Assembly (NCBI GenBank): GCA_045106895.1
Contig: JBGCFM010000041.1
Location: 1-64,000 of the forward strand
Origin: Polyangiales bacterium
Lineage (GTDB): Bacteria > Myxococcota_A > Polyangia > Polyangiales > Houyiibacteriaceae
Direction: 5' to 3'
Length of the DNA stretch: 64,000 bases
Part shown: positions 20,534 through 29,832 of the stretch, piece after piece
How the letters are laid out: each line of letters opens with the position of its first letter
Position numbering within the stretch: the stretch's first letter is position 1
Made by a program: the position numbers and the translations under genes
The notes under the pieces: model-generated
What the model was told of the DNA's origin: nothing
Database searches by the model: none
What the model saw: the letters and a program-made list of their open reading frames with translations, nothing else

Positions 20534-21683
20534 GCTAACACGCATCGGCGACTATGAGCTCGAGGCCCCCCTCGGCCGCGGCGGGATGGCAGAGACCTAC
20601 GTTGCAGTTCGCCGTGGCGAGGGCGGCTTCGAACAACGCGTTTGCCTGAAACGGATCCTCCCAGCCTATGCTGGGGACCTGGAGTTCCTCCGCTCGTTTC
20701 AGGAGGAAGCGCGCGTGAGCGCCAAGCTTCGTCACACCAACATCGCTCAGATCCTCGATTTCGGAACCGGCGAGGACGCCTACTTGGCCTTGGAGCTCAT
20801 CGAAGGATGCAACCTTCACGAGCTCCTTCATCACCGACGTCAAGCGAACGAAGTCCTGCCCGCAGGGCTCATCGCTTATATCGCTCACGAGCTCGGCCAG
20901 GCGCTGGCATACGCGCACGAGAGTGAAGTCGTTCATCGTGACGTCTCGCCAAGCAACGTGCTCCTAAGCCGAAGCGGCGAGATCAAACTCACCGATTTTG
21001 GAATCGCTCGGGCGCGTGACCGCACCCGGATGACGGAAGCGGGCCTGATCAAAGGCAAGATCCCCTACATGGCGCCTGAGTACGCGCAGGGCGAAGAGGC
21101 CAACGCGCAGACAGACCTCTTTTCGTTGGGTGTCACCCTCTACGAGGCGGCGGCGTTGCGGCGCCCGTTCCGTGGAAAGAACAGCGTAGCCCTTCTCAAG
21201 TCCCTTCAAGCGGGCGAGCGTCCCCCGCTTCGTTCCCTCGTCGACCTGCCTGAGGATCTCGCCGGCGCCATCGAAGCCTGCCTCGCTCCCAAGGCCATCG
21301 ACCGGCCGGCGAGCGCCCGCGCGTTTCTTGAGAGTCTCGAGAAGATCCCGGCGCCTCCAACCGCGCGGCGCCTCTTGGGACGAGCACTTCCAAAGAAGGC
21401 AGGAAAGCCCACGAAAGTGCTCACACCGGAGGCGATGGCACAAACGCAGTCAGCCCCCGACACCGAGTTTTCGCCAGCCACAGAGGTCCTCGACGAAGCG
21501 CCGGCGCCAAGACACGAAGTTGTGATGGCGGCATCTTCGGACGCTGAGACGCGCACCCGCGCCGCGCTCACGCTCGTGGAGCCTACGGCTACGCCAGACG
21601 CACCAAAGCGCTCCCCGCTGCTCATCGCAGCTGGAGCGCTCCTTCTGGTTGTCTGTGCTCTGGGTTTCTGGCTCCTCGCGTAG
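20523..21683 (+). CDS. Hanks-type Ser/Thr protein kinase with a C-terminal TM anchor
   Basis: LGRGGMAETY, VCLK, HRDVSPSN, DFG, YMAPE, DLFSLG. Probable GTG start at 20523. Confidence 0.93.
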   Translation: MANELTRIGDYELEAPLGRGGMAETYVAVRRGEGGFEQRVCLKRILPAYAGDLEFLRSFQEEARVSAKLRHTNIAQILDFGTGEDAYLALELIEGCNLHELLHHRRQANEVLPAGLIAYIAHELGQALAYAHESEVVHRDVSPSNVLLSRSGEIKLTDFGIARARDRTRMTEAGLIKGKIPYMAPEYAQGEEANAQTDLFSLGVTLYEAAALRRPFRGKNSVALLKSLQAGERPPLRSLVDLPEDLAGAIEACLAPKAIDRPASARAFLESLEKIPAPPTARRLLGRALPKKAGKPTKVLTPEAMAQTQSAPDTEFSPATEVLDEAPAPRHEVVMAASSDAETRTRAALTLVEPTATPDAPKRSPLLIAAGALLLVVCALGFWLLA

Positions 21684-21718
21684 CTCTACGCGAGGGAATC
21701 AGAACGAATCGAGGGGGC

Positions 21719-23746
21719 TCACTCGGCGGCTTCGACGGTGTTGTTCTTCTGTTCTTCGAGGAGTCCGAGCCCAATCGCCATCGCCTTGCGGACGCGCTCG
21801 AGGAGCGCTTCGTCGGCGGCAATCTTGGATGATGCCGCGCTCAGCTTCTCGTCCAGGTCCGCCTTCGCCGCGCGAAGTGCAGCGAGGTCGCCCTCAAGCT
21901 CACCGATACGGCCTGTCGCTGTCTCGACCTCGGCGACCTTGGCCTCAAGTGCCGTGTCTACCTCGGACTTCGCCGTCTCTAGCTCGGCCAAGCTGGTCGC
22001 AGCCTCTTCGGCCTTGCTCTCGGTGTCCGCGAGTTTGCGGCCCAGAACCGCCAGCTCTTTGCTGTGGCTCGCCTCAGACTCTTCAAGGGCGGCGTCTCTC
22101 TCCGCCTCGAGTTCTAGCTCTCGCGCAGCAATGGCATCGGCCTGAACGGTCAATGCCGTGGCTGCAGCCGCTGCGAGCGCAGCCTCCAGTGCTGCGGCGT
22201 TCTCTGCCTTGAGCGTCGCGACCTGACTCGTCGCATTCTCTTCGGCGGCGGTGACCTTCGCAACAGCCGCTTCTTCGGCGGCGGTGACCTTCGCAGCCGC
22301 GGCCTCTTCGGCCTCGGTCGCTTTCTGGGCAGCTTCCGTCCGCGCGGTCTCGGCTGCAGCTTCAGCCGCGGCCGTCGCCTCCGCAGAAGCCTTCTCGGCG
22401 GCTTCCTTGGTCTCCAGCGCCTCTTGCTTCGCCGCCGCTACCTGAGCGGACGCTGTCGCCTTTGCTGTCTCAAGTTCCTCTTCGAGGCCCTTGGCTTTCT
22501 CTTCGCTCTTCTCGAAGCGACCCTTAAGGTCATCCGCCCGCTTGTTGGCCGACTCCTTGTCCGCTGTGATCGCAGCCAAGTTGTCTTCGAGGTCTGCGCA
22601 ACGGCGCTCCGAAGCGAGGGCGCGGTCATCGATGTCCGCCTTCGCGCGTTCCACGGCGATGTTCTTGTCGCGAAGCTCAACGAGCTCCTTGTCGCGGGAA
22701 CTCACGCGGTCTCGAAGGTCGAGGATCTCCTTGTCCTTCGTGTTGAGTTGCTCACGAAGGTCCAAGAACTCTCGGCTTGAGACTCCGGAAGAAGAGCCCT
22801 TTGTGCGGAGCCCTGCAACCTCTGACTCCAGCTTCGACACCTTCTGAGTCGCACTCTCCGCGCGGGCGACGAGCGAGGTCTTCTCGCTCTCGAGCTCGCT
22901 GAGCGCCGACTCCAGAGCGGCAACCTTCGCGTTCGCCTCATCAAGAGCGGCGGTGTCGACCGCAGGCGTCTCAAGGGCGGCCAAGGGCTGTGGAGCAACG
23001 CTCGCGGGCGCGGGCGGAAGGGATTCCGGCGGCACGGATGTCGGTGGTGGAATGGACGCCGGCGGGGACACGGACGGCGCCTTCGGCGGCGGAGGTGGTT
23101 CCGAAACCGCCACTGGCGCAGCCGGAGGGCTAGGAACGGGAGGCGCTTCCGGCGGAGGAGGCGGAGCCGACGCGCTTGCGATCTCGGCCTGCATCATCTC
23201 CGGAGAAACAACAGCTGTTGCCTCTTCCATCTCATCGATTTCGTCGACATCAAGTTCGATGTCATCGTCCATAAGCAACGAATCGAAGGCATCTTCCGCG
23301 AACGCATCGATCTCGTCATCGATGCTCGTCGTTTTTGCCACCTGCGTCGCGTCGTTGTTCGCCGCATCTCCAATGGGAACGAAAACACGAACAGCCGTGA
23401 GTAGGTCGTCAAAGCTGACGGGCTTCCGAACGTAGTCCTCGGCGCGGGTTCGCAGCTTCTTGTGCTGTTCGAAGATCTCCGCCGCGTTGGCATCACTCGA
23501 CAGAATGATGAGCGGAATCGACTTGAGCGCGGCGTTCTTCTTGATCTTCTTGCAGACCAAAAAGCCATTCATGCTCGGAAGCTCGATGGAGAGCAAAATC
23601 AGGTCTGGTGGCTCGGCCGCTGCGCGCTCAAGGCCCAGGGCTCCCTCAGAAACCACCTCGAGCGCAACATCGCGACCATCAAAACCAGTGCGCAAGGTCT
23701 GCGCGAAGGCTGTGTCACTTTCGAAAACGAGGATGCGGTGCGCCAT
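21719..23746 (-). CDS. frzS: FrzS/AglZ-family pseudo-receiver plus coiled-coil motility protein, closer to FrzS
   Basis: Receiver lacks the phospho-Asp (LILLSIEL) and has QHKKLRTRAEDYVRKP as in FrzS. Pro-rich linker and long coiled coil. Lies downstream of an ECF sigma/anti-sigma pair. Confidence 0.7.
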   Translation of the reverse strand: MAHRILVFESDTAFAQTLRTGFDGRDVALEVVSEGALGLERAAAEPPDLILLSIELPSMNGFLVCKKIKKNAALKSIPLIILSSDANAAEIFEQHKKLRTRAEDYVRKPVSFDDLLTAVRVFVPIGDAANNDATQVAKTTSIDDEIDAFAEDAFDSLLMDDDIELDVDEIDEMEEATAVVSPEMMQAEIASASAPPPPPEAPPVPSPPAAPVAVSEPPPPPKAPSVSPPASIPPPTSVPPESLPPAPASVAPQPLAALETPAVDTAALDEANAKVAALESALSELESEKTSLVARAESATQKVSKLESEVAGLRTKGSSSGVSSREFLDLREQLNTKDKEILDLRDRVSSRDKELVELRDKNIAVERAKADIDDRALASERRCADLEDNLAAITADKESANKRADDLKGRFEKSEEKAKGLEEELETAKATASAQVAAAKQEALETKEAAEKASAEATAAAEAAAETARTEAAQKATEAEEAAAAKVTAAEEAAVAKVTAAEENATSQVATLKAENAAALEAALAAAAATALTVQADAIAARELELEAERDAALEESEASHSKELAVLGRKLADTESKAEEAATSLAELETAKSEVDTALEAKVAEVETATGRIGELEGDLAALRAAKADLDEKLSAASSKIAADEALLERVRKAMAIGLGLLEEQKNNTVEAAE

Positions 23747-23786
23747 GAGTCTCCTTGTAGCGACGATCTAGACCGTTCGCGTCGCG

Positions 23787-23816
23787 AGGATACGTTTGCC
23801 GGAGCGAGCCTGTCAA
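23787..23816 (-). promoter_or_regulatory. Sigma70-type promoter of the frzS-like gene
   Basis: TTGACA, 18 nt, TATCCT on the minus strand; AAGGAG RBS at 23751-23756. Confidence 0.65.
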
Positions 23817-23960
23817 CGATGAGACGCGCCGAAAAAGCTCACAAAATCACACGCCTAGCGCGCATCCAACCTTAGACGCGACGCACGCTCACGAAAGGAA
23901 CGTGGTGCCTCGCGAAGCGCTTCTCGAAGTGCTTATTGAAGCACTCACCGAAGAGCCGTT

Positions 23961-24782
23961 CTAGCGAACGCGGGCGCTCGCTGCGAGTCTTAGGAGCGTC
24001 TCTCGGTCGACATCTCCGGTGAACGCGTAGTTCAACCCAGCTTCGCGCCGCACCGGCACCTGTCGCCCCAAGGCTTCTCCATAGCGAATCTGCTGTGAGC
24101 CGACCTGGATGGCTTCGCCGTCGTCCTCCGCGACCTCGGCGTCGGTCACAACCACGGTGACTCGCTGGCCGCCAAGCTCGTAGTAGAGAGCCGCGGCGCG
24201 GCGTTCCCGCACATTGGACAGACGAGCGCCCACGAGACGCATATCGCGGCTCTCAAACTCAGCCGCTCGGACCGGAAACTCAACTCGCCCTCGAAAGAAC
24301 TCGTTGACCTGCTCGGCGCCCGTTTCCGGGTCGGTGGCATCGAAAGCGACGTCCGAAGGCAAAGATGCTGCATGCACCCGCACGACGTCCTGCAGGGCAG
24401 CATCGTCCGCGCTCGCCTGGTGAGACCGCCACGCCGTGCCGCCGAAGATGACCAGCGCCGTCGCCGCCGCAGCCGGCACTAAACGCCACGCGGTGGACCA
24501 GGCCGTCGGTGCGGCCAGCGGAACGACCTCAGCGAGGTCTTCGTCCGTTTCTGCCTCTTCGGCATCCAGCGCCGCGAGCACATTCGCGCGCAAGCTCGCC
24601 GGAGCTGTCGTGTCCTTTGTCATCGAGTCACGGAGCCAGTCACGCGAAGCGAGCTCGAACGCCAGAAGCTCTTGGCACACGTCGCAGGTGTCGAAGTGCT
24701 CATCGAACTCAATGCGAGTTCCAACCTCAAGCTCACCGTCGACGTAGGGGCCGACGTGCTTTTCGATCATCGCGCAGTTCAC
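23961..24782 (-). CDS. Zinc-binding (ZAS, zf-HC2) transmembrane anti-sigma factor
   Basis: N-terminal MNC...YVDGEL...HFDTCDVC (HxxxCxxC), one TM helix, extracytoplasmic domain; overlaps the sigma stop. Confidence 0.9.
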   Translation of the reverse strand: MNCAMIEKHVGPYVDGELEVGTRIEFDEHFDTCDVCQELLAFELASRDWLRDSMTKDTTAPASLRANVLAALDAEEAETDEDLAEVVPLAAPTAWSTAWRLVPAAAATALVIFGGTAWRSHQASADDAALQDVVRVHAASLPSDVAFDATDPETGAEQVNEFFRGRVEFPVRAAEFESRDMRLVGARLSNVRERRAAALYYELGGQRVTVVVTDAEVAEDDGEAIQVGSQQIRYGEALGRQVPVRREAGLNYAFTGDVDRETLLRLAASARVR

Positions 24783-25426
24783 GCTTCTGCCGCCTTTCGC
24801 GAGCGGAAAGCCGCCATCGAGATGGCGGAGCCTTCACTTGAAGACTCCGCGCGAATCCCAAGCGCCACCGCTTGATCCACCAGGCGCGCCTGAAGCGCCT
24901 TTCGGGCTCGATGAAGGCGCGACATCACCGTGCCGATAGGACAGCCCGCGATGTCCGCGATCTCGCGGTAGGACAGCTCTTCGACGTCTGCGAGTAAAAC
25001 GATCATTCGGTGTTCGTCCGGCAGGTCGTCCAGCGCACGCTGAATCTCTTCGGCCAAGAGCCGTCGCTGGGCGCTCTCGACGGGACGCGTCAGGCCTCGC
25101 ATTGCGGCTCTGCTCATCACCCCATCGCCCACAGGCTGTGCGATGGCGCCCTCGAAAACGTTCCTCTCGCGGACGCTCCGCCGGTAACGGTTGATGAACG
25201 TGTTCCGAAGAATCTTGAGGAGCCACGCCTTCATGTTGGTTCCAGCCTCGAAACGCTCATAGAAGCGAAACGCCTTCACCAAAGAGTCTTGGACCAGGTC
25301 CTCGGCGTCCGAAGGACTCCGCGTGAGGCGCAGCGCCGCGCCGTAAAGCGTATCGAGGTGGACCATGGCTTCGCGTTCGAAGTCTGCCCTAAGGTGCGAA
25401 ATCTTTGATTTTTTCGGCTGTTGCAT
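24779..25426 (-). CDS. ECF sigma factor, SigR/SigH/RpoE1-like
   Basis: DAEDLVQD, GTNMKAWLLKILRNTFINRYR, LSYREIA..CPIGTVMSRLHRARK. Confidence 0.95.
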   Translation of the reverse strand: MQQPKKSKISHLRADFEREAMVHLDTLYGAALRLTRSPSDAEDLVQDSLVKAFRFYERFEAGTNMKAWLLKILRNTFINRYRRSVRERNVFEGAIAQPVGDGVMSRAAMRGLTRPVESAQRRLLAEEIQRALDDLPDEHRMIVLLADVEELSYREIADIAGCPIGTVMSRLHRARKALQARLVDQAVALGIRAESSSEGSAISMAAFRSRKAAEA

Positions 25427-25460
25427 GGCGGCTCTCTAGCAAAACGCCCTTGAAAGAGCG

Positions 25461-25988
25461 TTATTCCATCACCTTCGCGCTTTTTCCTCGTTCGGCGGCG
25501 GCGGGGTCCAAAAGCGACTGAAGCCGGGCCTCAAGCTCGACGATGCGAGTTCCGAGGCGCGATACCTCGGCGCGCATCGTTTCAGCCTCGCTGAGGGCGT
25601 CCACAATGATCGCTCGGACGCGCTCGTCCGCCTGCGCTCGGAGAGCCAGCGCCTCGTCGATGGGCGCCTCCTCTTTCCGAAACGGGAACTTCGGCAGACT
25701 CGTGATGAGCCGCTCACGTCCCTCTTGGATAAACGTCAAGAGGCTCCCGCGTCGTGCATCGGAGTCCCCGGCCTTCTCCTCTTCGTAGATGATCTGCGCC
25801 AGAGTGACGTTCGTAAGGTCTTCTTTGGTCCGATTATCGACGATCTGAACGTCTTGACGCCCGCGGACAAACTCCGCCACTTCATGAAGCGTGACGTATC
25901 GACTCTCATGCGTGTCGTAGAGCTTCCGGTTCGCGTAGCGCTTGATAATTCGCGGCTCACCGCGTGCTGGCTCTTGGCTCTCTTTCAT
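25461..25988 (-). CDS. PhaR-like regulator (PHB/PHA accumulation DNA-binding domain)
   Basis: RIIKRYANRKLYDTHESRYVTL and EDLTNVTLAQIIYEEEK. Start placed at ATG 25988. Confidence 0.88.
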   Translation of the reverse strand: MKESQEPARGEPRIIKRYANRKLYDTHESRYVTLHEVAEFVRGRQDVQIVDNRTKEDLTNVTLAQIIYEEEKAGDSDARRGSLLTFIQEGRERLITSLPKFPFRKEEAPIDEALALRAQADERVRAIIVDALSEAETMRAEVSRLGTRIVELEARLQSLLDPAAAERGKSAKVME

Positions 25989-26074
25989 CCCCTGCCCTTC
26001 GCGATTCCTCCTCCAGGTGTAGGTGGGTGTGACCCCTAGGTCAAGCTCGGCTCCGGGCTCGTTTCGGGCTAGGG

Positions 26075-26836
26075 TTGGACGCAATGCGGGCGGATCATCA
26101 GAGCGACCAAGGGAGCGCCGAGCGTATCTTTCGGCGCCTCTCCGCGCTCCACGAGCCGCCACTAAAACTGGGATACCTGCGTGACGCGATCCGTCGCCTG
26201 AGCGCCAGGGAAGTGGTGGAGCTTCTCGGTCTCGCATTAGGCGAGCGAGGTCGCGCGCGTTCCAGCGATGAAGTTGCGCTCTTGGCCCTGCTGCTTCTCG
26301 CGGGTCCTGAGGGGAGCGATATTCGGCGCGAAGCCCTAGCCCGCCAAGCGTCAAGCGTGGGCCTTGTGGAAGTTGCCTACTTCGTCGCCCCGCGGCGCGA
26401 CGAGGTCCCAGAAGCCAAGCGTGCGCAGCTGCCTTATGAAGGCCGCCCTCTCACCCTTGGGGAACGAAAAAGCCTGGCTCGCGGGCGCGATCGAGAACTC
26501 CTCACGCGCGTCATTCGTGACCCGCACGCGGACGTCATTGGAATCATTCTTCGGAACCCGGCGCTCACGGAGCTAGACGTGATTCGGCTCGCAGCGCGAC
26601 CGACGTCCACCCCCGTGCTTCGTACAATTCTCGGCGCGCTACCCTGGTGTCTACACTACCAAGTAAGGCTCGCGTTGATTCAGAACACCATGATGCCGCT
26701 CGGGCTCGCAGTTCCCTTGGTCGCGTCTCTACGCCACCCGGATGCCGTCTCACTTCGACGAGCTGGGTCCTTGAGAGCCGAGATCCGCCGTGCTGCTGAA
26801 ATGGTGGTGTTGAGAGCGGATCGTCGCTCTCACTAG
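26075..26836 (+). CDS. Hypothetical helical-repeat protein
   Basis: LTLGERKSLAR...RDPHADVI..ILRNP; start may be ATG 26084. Confidence 0.7.
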   Translation: MDAMRADHQSDQGSAERIFRRLSALHEPPLKLGYLRDAIRRLSAREVVELLGLALGERGRARSSDEVALLALLLLAGPEGSDIRREALARQASSVGLVEVAYFVAPRRDEVPEAKRAQLPYEGRPLTLGERKSLARGRDRELLTRVIRDPHADVIGIILRNPALTELDVIRLAARPTSTPVLRTILGALPWCLHYQVRLALIQNTMMPLGLAVPLVASLRHPDAVSLRRAGSLRAEIRRAAEMVVLRADRRSH

Positions 26837-26846
26837 TTCATGCTGA

Positions 26847-26917
26847 AACGCCGCAGGGTCAAGGCCGCAGGCGTCAACGCCGCAGGCGTCAACGCCGCAG
26901 GCGTCAACGCCGCAGGC
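26847..26917. repeat. 15-bp tandem repeat (AACGCCGCAGGCGTC), about 4.7 copies, intergenic
   Basis: Units start at 26847 (degenerate), 26861 (one mismatch), 26876, 26891 and 26906 (partial), between convergent stops. Confidence 0.9.
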
Positions 26918-26928
26918 TCGCGCCGGCG

Positions 26929-27186
26929 CTACTTCGTTTCGACGACTTCGGCGTCGGCGACCTCTTCCGAGGCGCTCGAAGCGGAGGAGCGGGAAGCAAC
27001 CTGCTTGTCGGAAGGCGTAACCTCGATGTCTTCGTCGGTGTTGAGACCACGCTTGAGGCCCCGAATGGCTTTACCCAAACCCTCCCCGATCTGTGGAAGA
27101 CGACTCGCTCCGAAAACAAGGAGCAAGCACAATAGAATGAGTACGAGCTCACCCGGCCCAAGGCCACCAATTGCATACGTAGGCAT
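26929..27186 (-). CDS. tatA: Twin-arginine translocase TatA/E subunit
   Basis: GLGPGELVLIL...LVFGASRLPQIGEGLGKAIRGLK. Confidence 0.95.
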   Translation of the reverse strand: MPTYAIGGLGPGELVLILLCLLLVFGASRLPQIGEGLGKAIRGLKRGLNTDEDIEVTPSDKQVASRSSASSASEEVADAEVVETK

Positions 27187-27303
27187 GAATACACGCGCAA
27201 AGTACGCCTCGGATCCTCTCGTGTCCAGGCAAAGCTCTCGTGTTGTGCGTCACAAGAGCCGGCGTCCCTCGACGGGGCCGACAAACCGGATACACTCGCG
27301 GCG

Positions 27304-28488
27304 ATGGGCACCGTACGTCTTCAATCCGGGCGTGTGAAGCCGGTCTGGGCTGGCCACCCGTGGATCTACACACAAGCGATCGCTGAAATCGAGGGGGCCC
27401 CCGGTCCTGGTGATGTCGTGAGCGTGGTGGACCCCGGCGGGCGCTTCCTGGGCCGTGGCTTTTACTCGCCGAAGAGCGCTATCCCCGTGCGTATCATCAC
27501 GCGAGACCCGGACGAAACGCTGGATGAGCTGGCCATCGCCAAGCGCGTTGAAAACGCCGTGGCTTTCCGCTCGCAGCTTGGCCTGCCGTCCGCGACCACG
27601 AGCGGCTACCGCCTCGTTCACGCCGAGGGTGACTCACTTCCCGGTCTCATCATCGATGTCTTCGGCGACGCCGTTGTCGTCCAGCTCCTCACGGCGGGCA
27701 TGAAACGTCGTGACACGTCGATTCTTGCCCACATCGCGCGCATCACAGGGGCCAAGACTGTGATCGAAGCCGCAGCCTCGATGAAGCACAGCGAAGGCTT
27801 CGAGACTGAGTGGCGCATCGTTCGCGGCGCGGACATCGACGCCTTGCGCTTCTCCGAGCGCGAGTTCGAGTTCGATATTCCAACATCGCTCACTCAAAAG
27901 ACCGGGTACTACTTCGACCAACGGGAAAACCGAGCACGCGTCGAGAGCCTCGCAAAGGGCCGACGCGTCCTCGACGCGTACGCATACCTGGGCGGGATGG
28001 GGCTAGCCGCCGCGCGTGGAGGAGCGGCCTCCGTCGTGAGTGTCGATAGCAGCGCCAGTGCCATCGCCGCGGGCTCCGCCATCGCTCGGCATCACGGCCT
28101 CGACATCTCCTACCGCCGCGAAGACGTGAAACGCTTCTTGCCGGACCTCTTCAACAAAGGTGAGCGTTTTGACCTCGTCGTCATCGATCCGCCGAAGCTT
28201 GTGCCCACGAAGCGACACCGCGACGCCGGACTCAAGGCGTATTCAAGGCTCAACCAAAACGCCATGAAGCTTGTGGAAGACGGCGGCCTCTTTGTGTCGT
28301 GCTCTTGCTCTGGAGCGTTGAGCTCCGATGATCTCCTTGGCGTCGTCGCGGAGAGCGCTCGACGAACAGGACGTCGCGCGGATGTGTTTCACGTCGGTGG
28401 CGCATCGCCAGACCACCCTTCCCCGGCAGCGTTTCGACAGGGACGCTACCTGAAGACTGTTTTCGCGCGTCTGACGAAGGAGGGCTGA
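27304..28488 (+). CDS. RlmI-family rRNA m5C methyltransferase
   Basis: PUA-like N-terminus GHPWIY; RLVHAEGDSLPGLIID, QKTGYYFDQRENR, IDPP, SCSCS. Confidence 0.9.
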   Translation: MGTVRLQSGRVKPVWAGHPWIYTQAIAEIEGAPGPGDVVSVVDPGGRFLGRGFYSPKSAIPVRIITRDPDETLDELAIAKRVENAVAFRSQLGLPSATTSGYRLVHAEGDSLPGLIIDVFGDAVVVQLLTAGMKRRDTSILAHIARITGAKTVIEAAASMKHSEGFETEWRIVRGADIDALRFSEREFEFDIPTSLTQKTGYYFDQRENRARVESLAKGRRVLDAYAYLGGMGLAAARGGAASVVSVDSSASAIAAGSAIARHHGLDISYRREDVKRFLPDLFNKGERFDLVVIDPPKLVPTKRHRDAGLKAYSRLNQNAMKLVEDGGLFVSCSCSGALSSDDLLGVVAESARRTGRRADVFHVGGASPDHPSPAAFRQGRYLKTVFARLTKEG

Positions 28489-28491
28489 GTC

Positions 28492-29277
28492 TTGGACCGA
28501 GCGTTGAGGCCCCTGGCCGAGTTGCCCGTCCCCGCGGGTCTCGTGGGGCTCGCCTTCGATGTCGACGACACGATCACCGAAGGCGGAAAGCTCATGCCCT
28601 GCGCGCTTGAGTCCATGCAGGCACTTCGTCGTGCGCACGTGCGCCTCATCGCCGTGACGGGCAGACCTCTCGGCTGGGCCGAGGTGCTTGCGCGAGTTCT
28701 CCCGGTGGACATCGCCATCGGCGAGAACGGCGCCGGCTGGTTCTACTCGCGCGACGGACGCGCGGCCGAGGGGTACATTCTTCGCGCCGAGGAGCGGACC
28801 GCGCTCGAGGATGTTCACGCCCGAATTCGCCACCGGGTGTCCAAAGAACTGCCCTCGATCCGCGAAGCGAGCGATGCGCGCTTGCGCCGCTATGATTTGG
28901 CCTTCGATATCGCCGAAGAAGAACGTGTCGACGAGAGTACACGCCGCGCGCTCGCCGCTGTGATTCGACAAGAAGGCTGCGAGCCGGTGACGAGCTCCGT
29001 TCATTGTCACGCCGCTACCGGCCGCTGGGATAAAGCCGTCGGAATCGAGGCCGCGGCGCTGGACGTCTTCGGCGCCTTCGAATCGGACGCATGGGTGTTC
29101 GTCGGCGACAGCGGAAACGACGCTCCGGCGTTCGAGTTTTTTCGGCTCTCCGTCGGCGTTTCGAACGTCCGAGACCACAACCTGCGCAGCGAACCACGCT
29201 TCGTCACGCCCTCGCCCCGCGGAAAGGGCTTTTCCGAACTCTGCGCGCATATTATCGAGAGCCGGACGGTTGAGTAG
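28492..29277 (+). CDS. HAD-superfamily class IIB hydrolase
   Basis: FDVDDTIT, VTGR, GENG, DKA, FVGDSGND. Confidence 0.9.
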   Translation: MDRALRPLAELPVPAGLVGLAFDVDDTITEGGKLMPCALESMQALRRAHVRLIAVTGRPLGWAEVLARVLPVDIAIGENGAGWFYSRDGRAAEGYILRAEERTALEDVHARIRHRVSKELPSIREASDARLRRYDLAFDIAEEERVDESTRRALAAVIRQEGCEPVTSSVHCHAATGRWDKAVGIEAAALDVFGAFESDAWVFVGDSGNDAPAFEFFRLSVGVSNVRDHNLRSEPRFVTPSPRGKGFSELCAHIIESRTVE

Positions 29278-29280
29278 CTC

Positions 29281-29832
29281 ATGAGCGCGCCCAAGAAAGA
29301 AGACAAGCTTCCCACGCCTCTCGTGCTCGCTTTGGCGAGCGCCATGGTCTGCGTCGGCGTGGTGGCCGTCGTGATCTCGCGAAGCGGCCCTGCCGAAACC
29401 GCGGAGGAGCGCGCGAGTCGGGTCGCCGTCAACGACAGCACCGCAGAGGCCGCCGCCGAGTCATTCCTTGACGCTTGGCGTAAGCGCGAACACGACGTCG
29501 CTCGAAGGCTCTCGATGGAGAACGCGCGGCGCCGCGTCGAAGACCGCGAGCAGAGCGACCGGAACCTCAGTGACCAAGAACGAGACCTCCAGCGGCAGGT
29601 CTGGGACGCGATGGCCGCAACGCGCCTTCGGCTCTTTCTCCGCGAGAGCCGAAACCTCCCCGAGGGGCGTCTCGCCCTCGCGGGCGTCGCCGAGGGAGAG
29701 TTCCTCGAGCAGGCATACCAGCGCGAAGTCGAGTTCGTGATGGTAGAGACGACCCAAGGATGGCGAGTCGCCGAGGTCGCCTTCGGCGAGATCCTGTCGG
29801 ACATGCCGGCCGCTCTGCGTTTCGAGGACTAA
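29281..29832 (+). CDS. Membrane-anchored hypothetical protein (NTF2-like pattern)
   Basis: N-terminal TM helix; AEAAAESFLDAW...GWRV. Confidence 0.7.
   Translation: MSAPKKEDKLPTPLVLALASAMVCVGVVAVVISRSGPAETAEERASRVAVNDSTAEAAAESFLDAWRKREHDVARRLSMENARRRVEDREQSDRNLSDQERDLQRQVWDAMAATRLRLFLRESRNLPEGRLALAGVAEGEFLEQAYQREVEFVMVETTQGWRVAEVAFGEILSDMPAALRFED

Noticed and set aside
23899..23908. 10-mer AACGTGGTGC shared with intergenic 58095-58104 (NtrC-like half-site)
   Set aside because: Only a half-site, and one shared 10-mer in 64 kb is compatible with chance.
26847..26917. CRISPR array
   Set aside because: Contiguous 15-bp units without unique spacers, and no cas genes.
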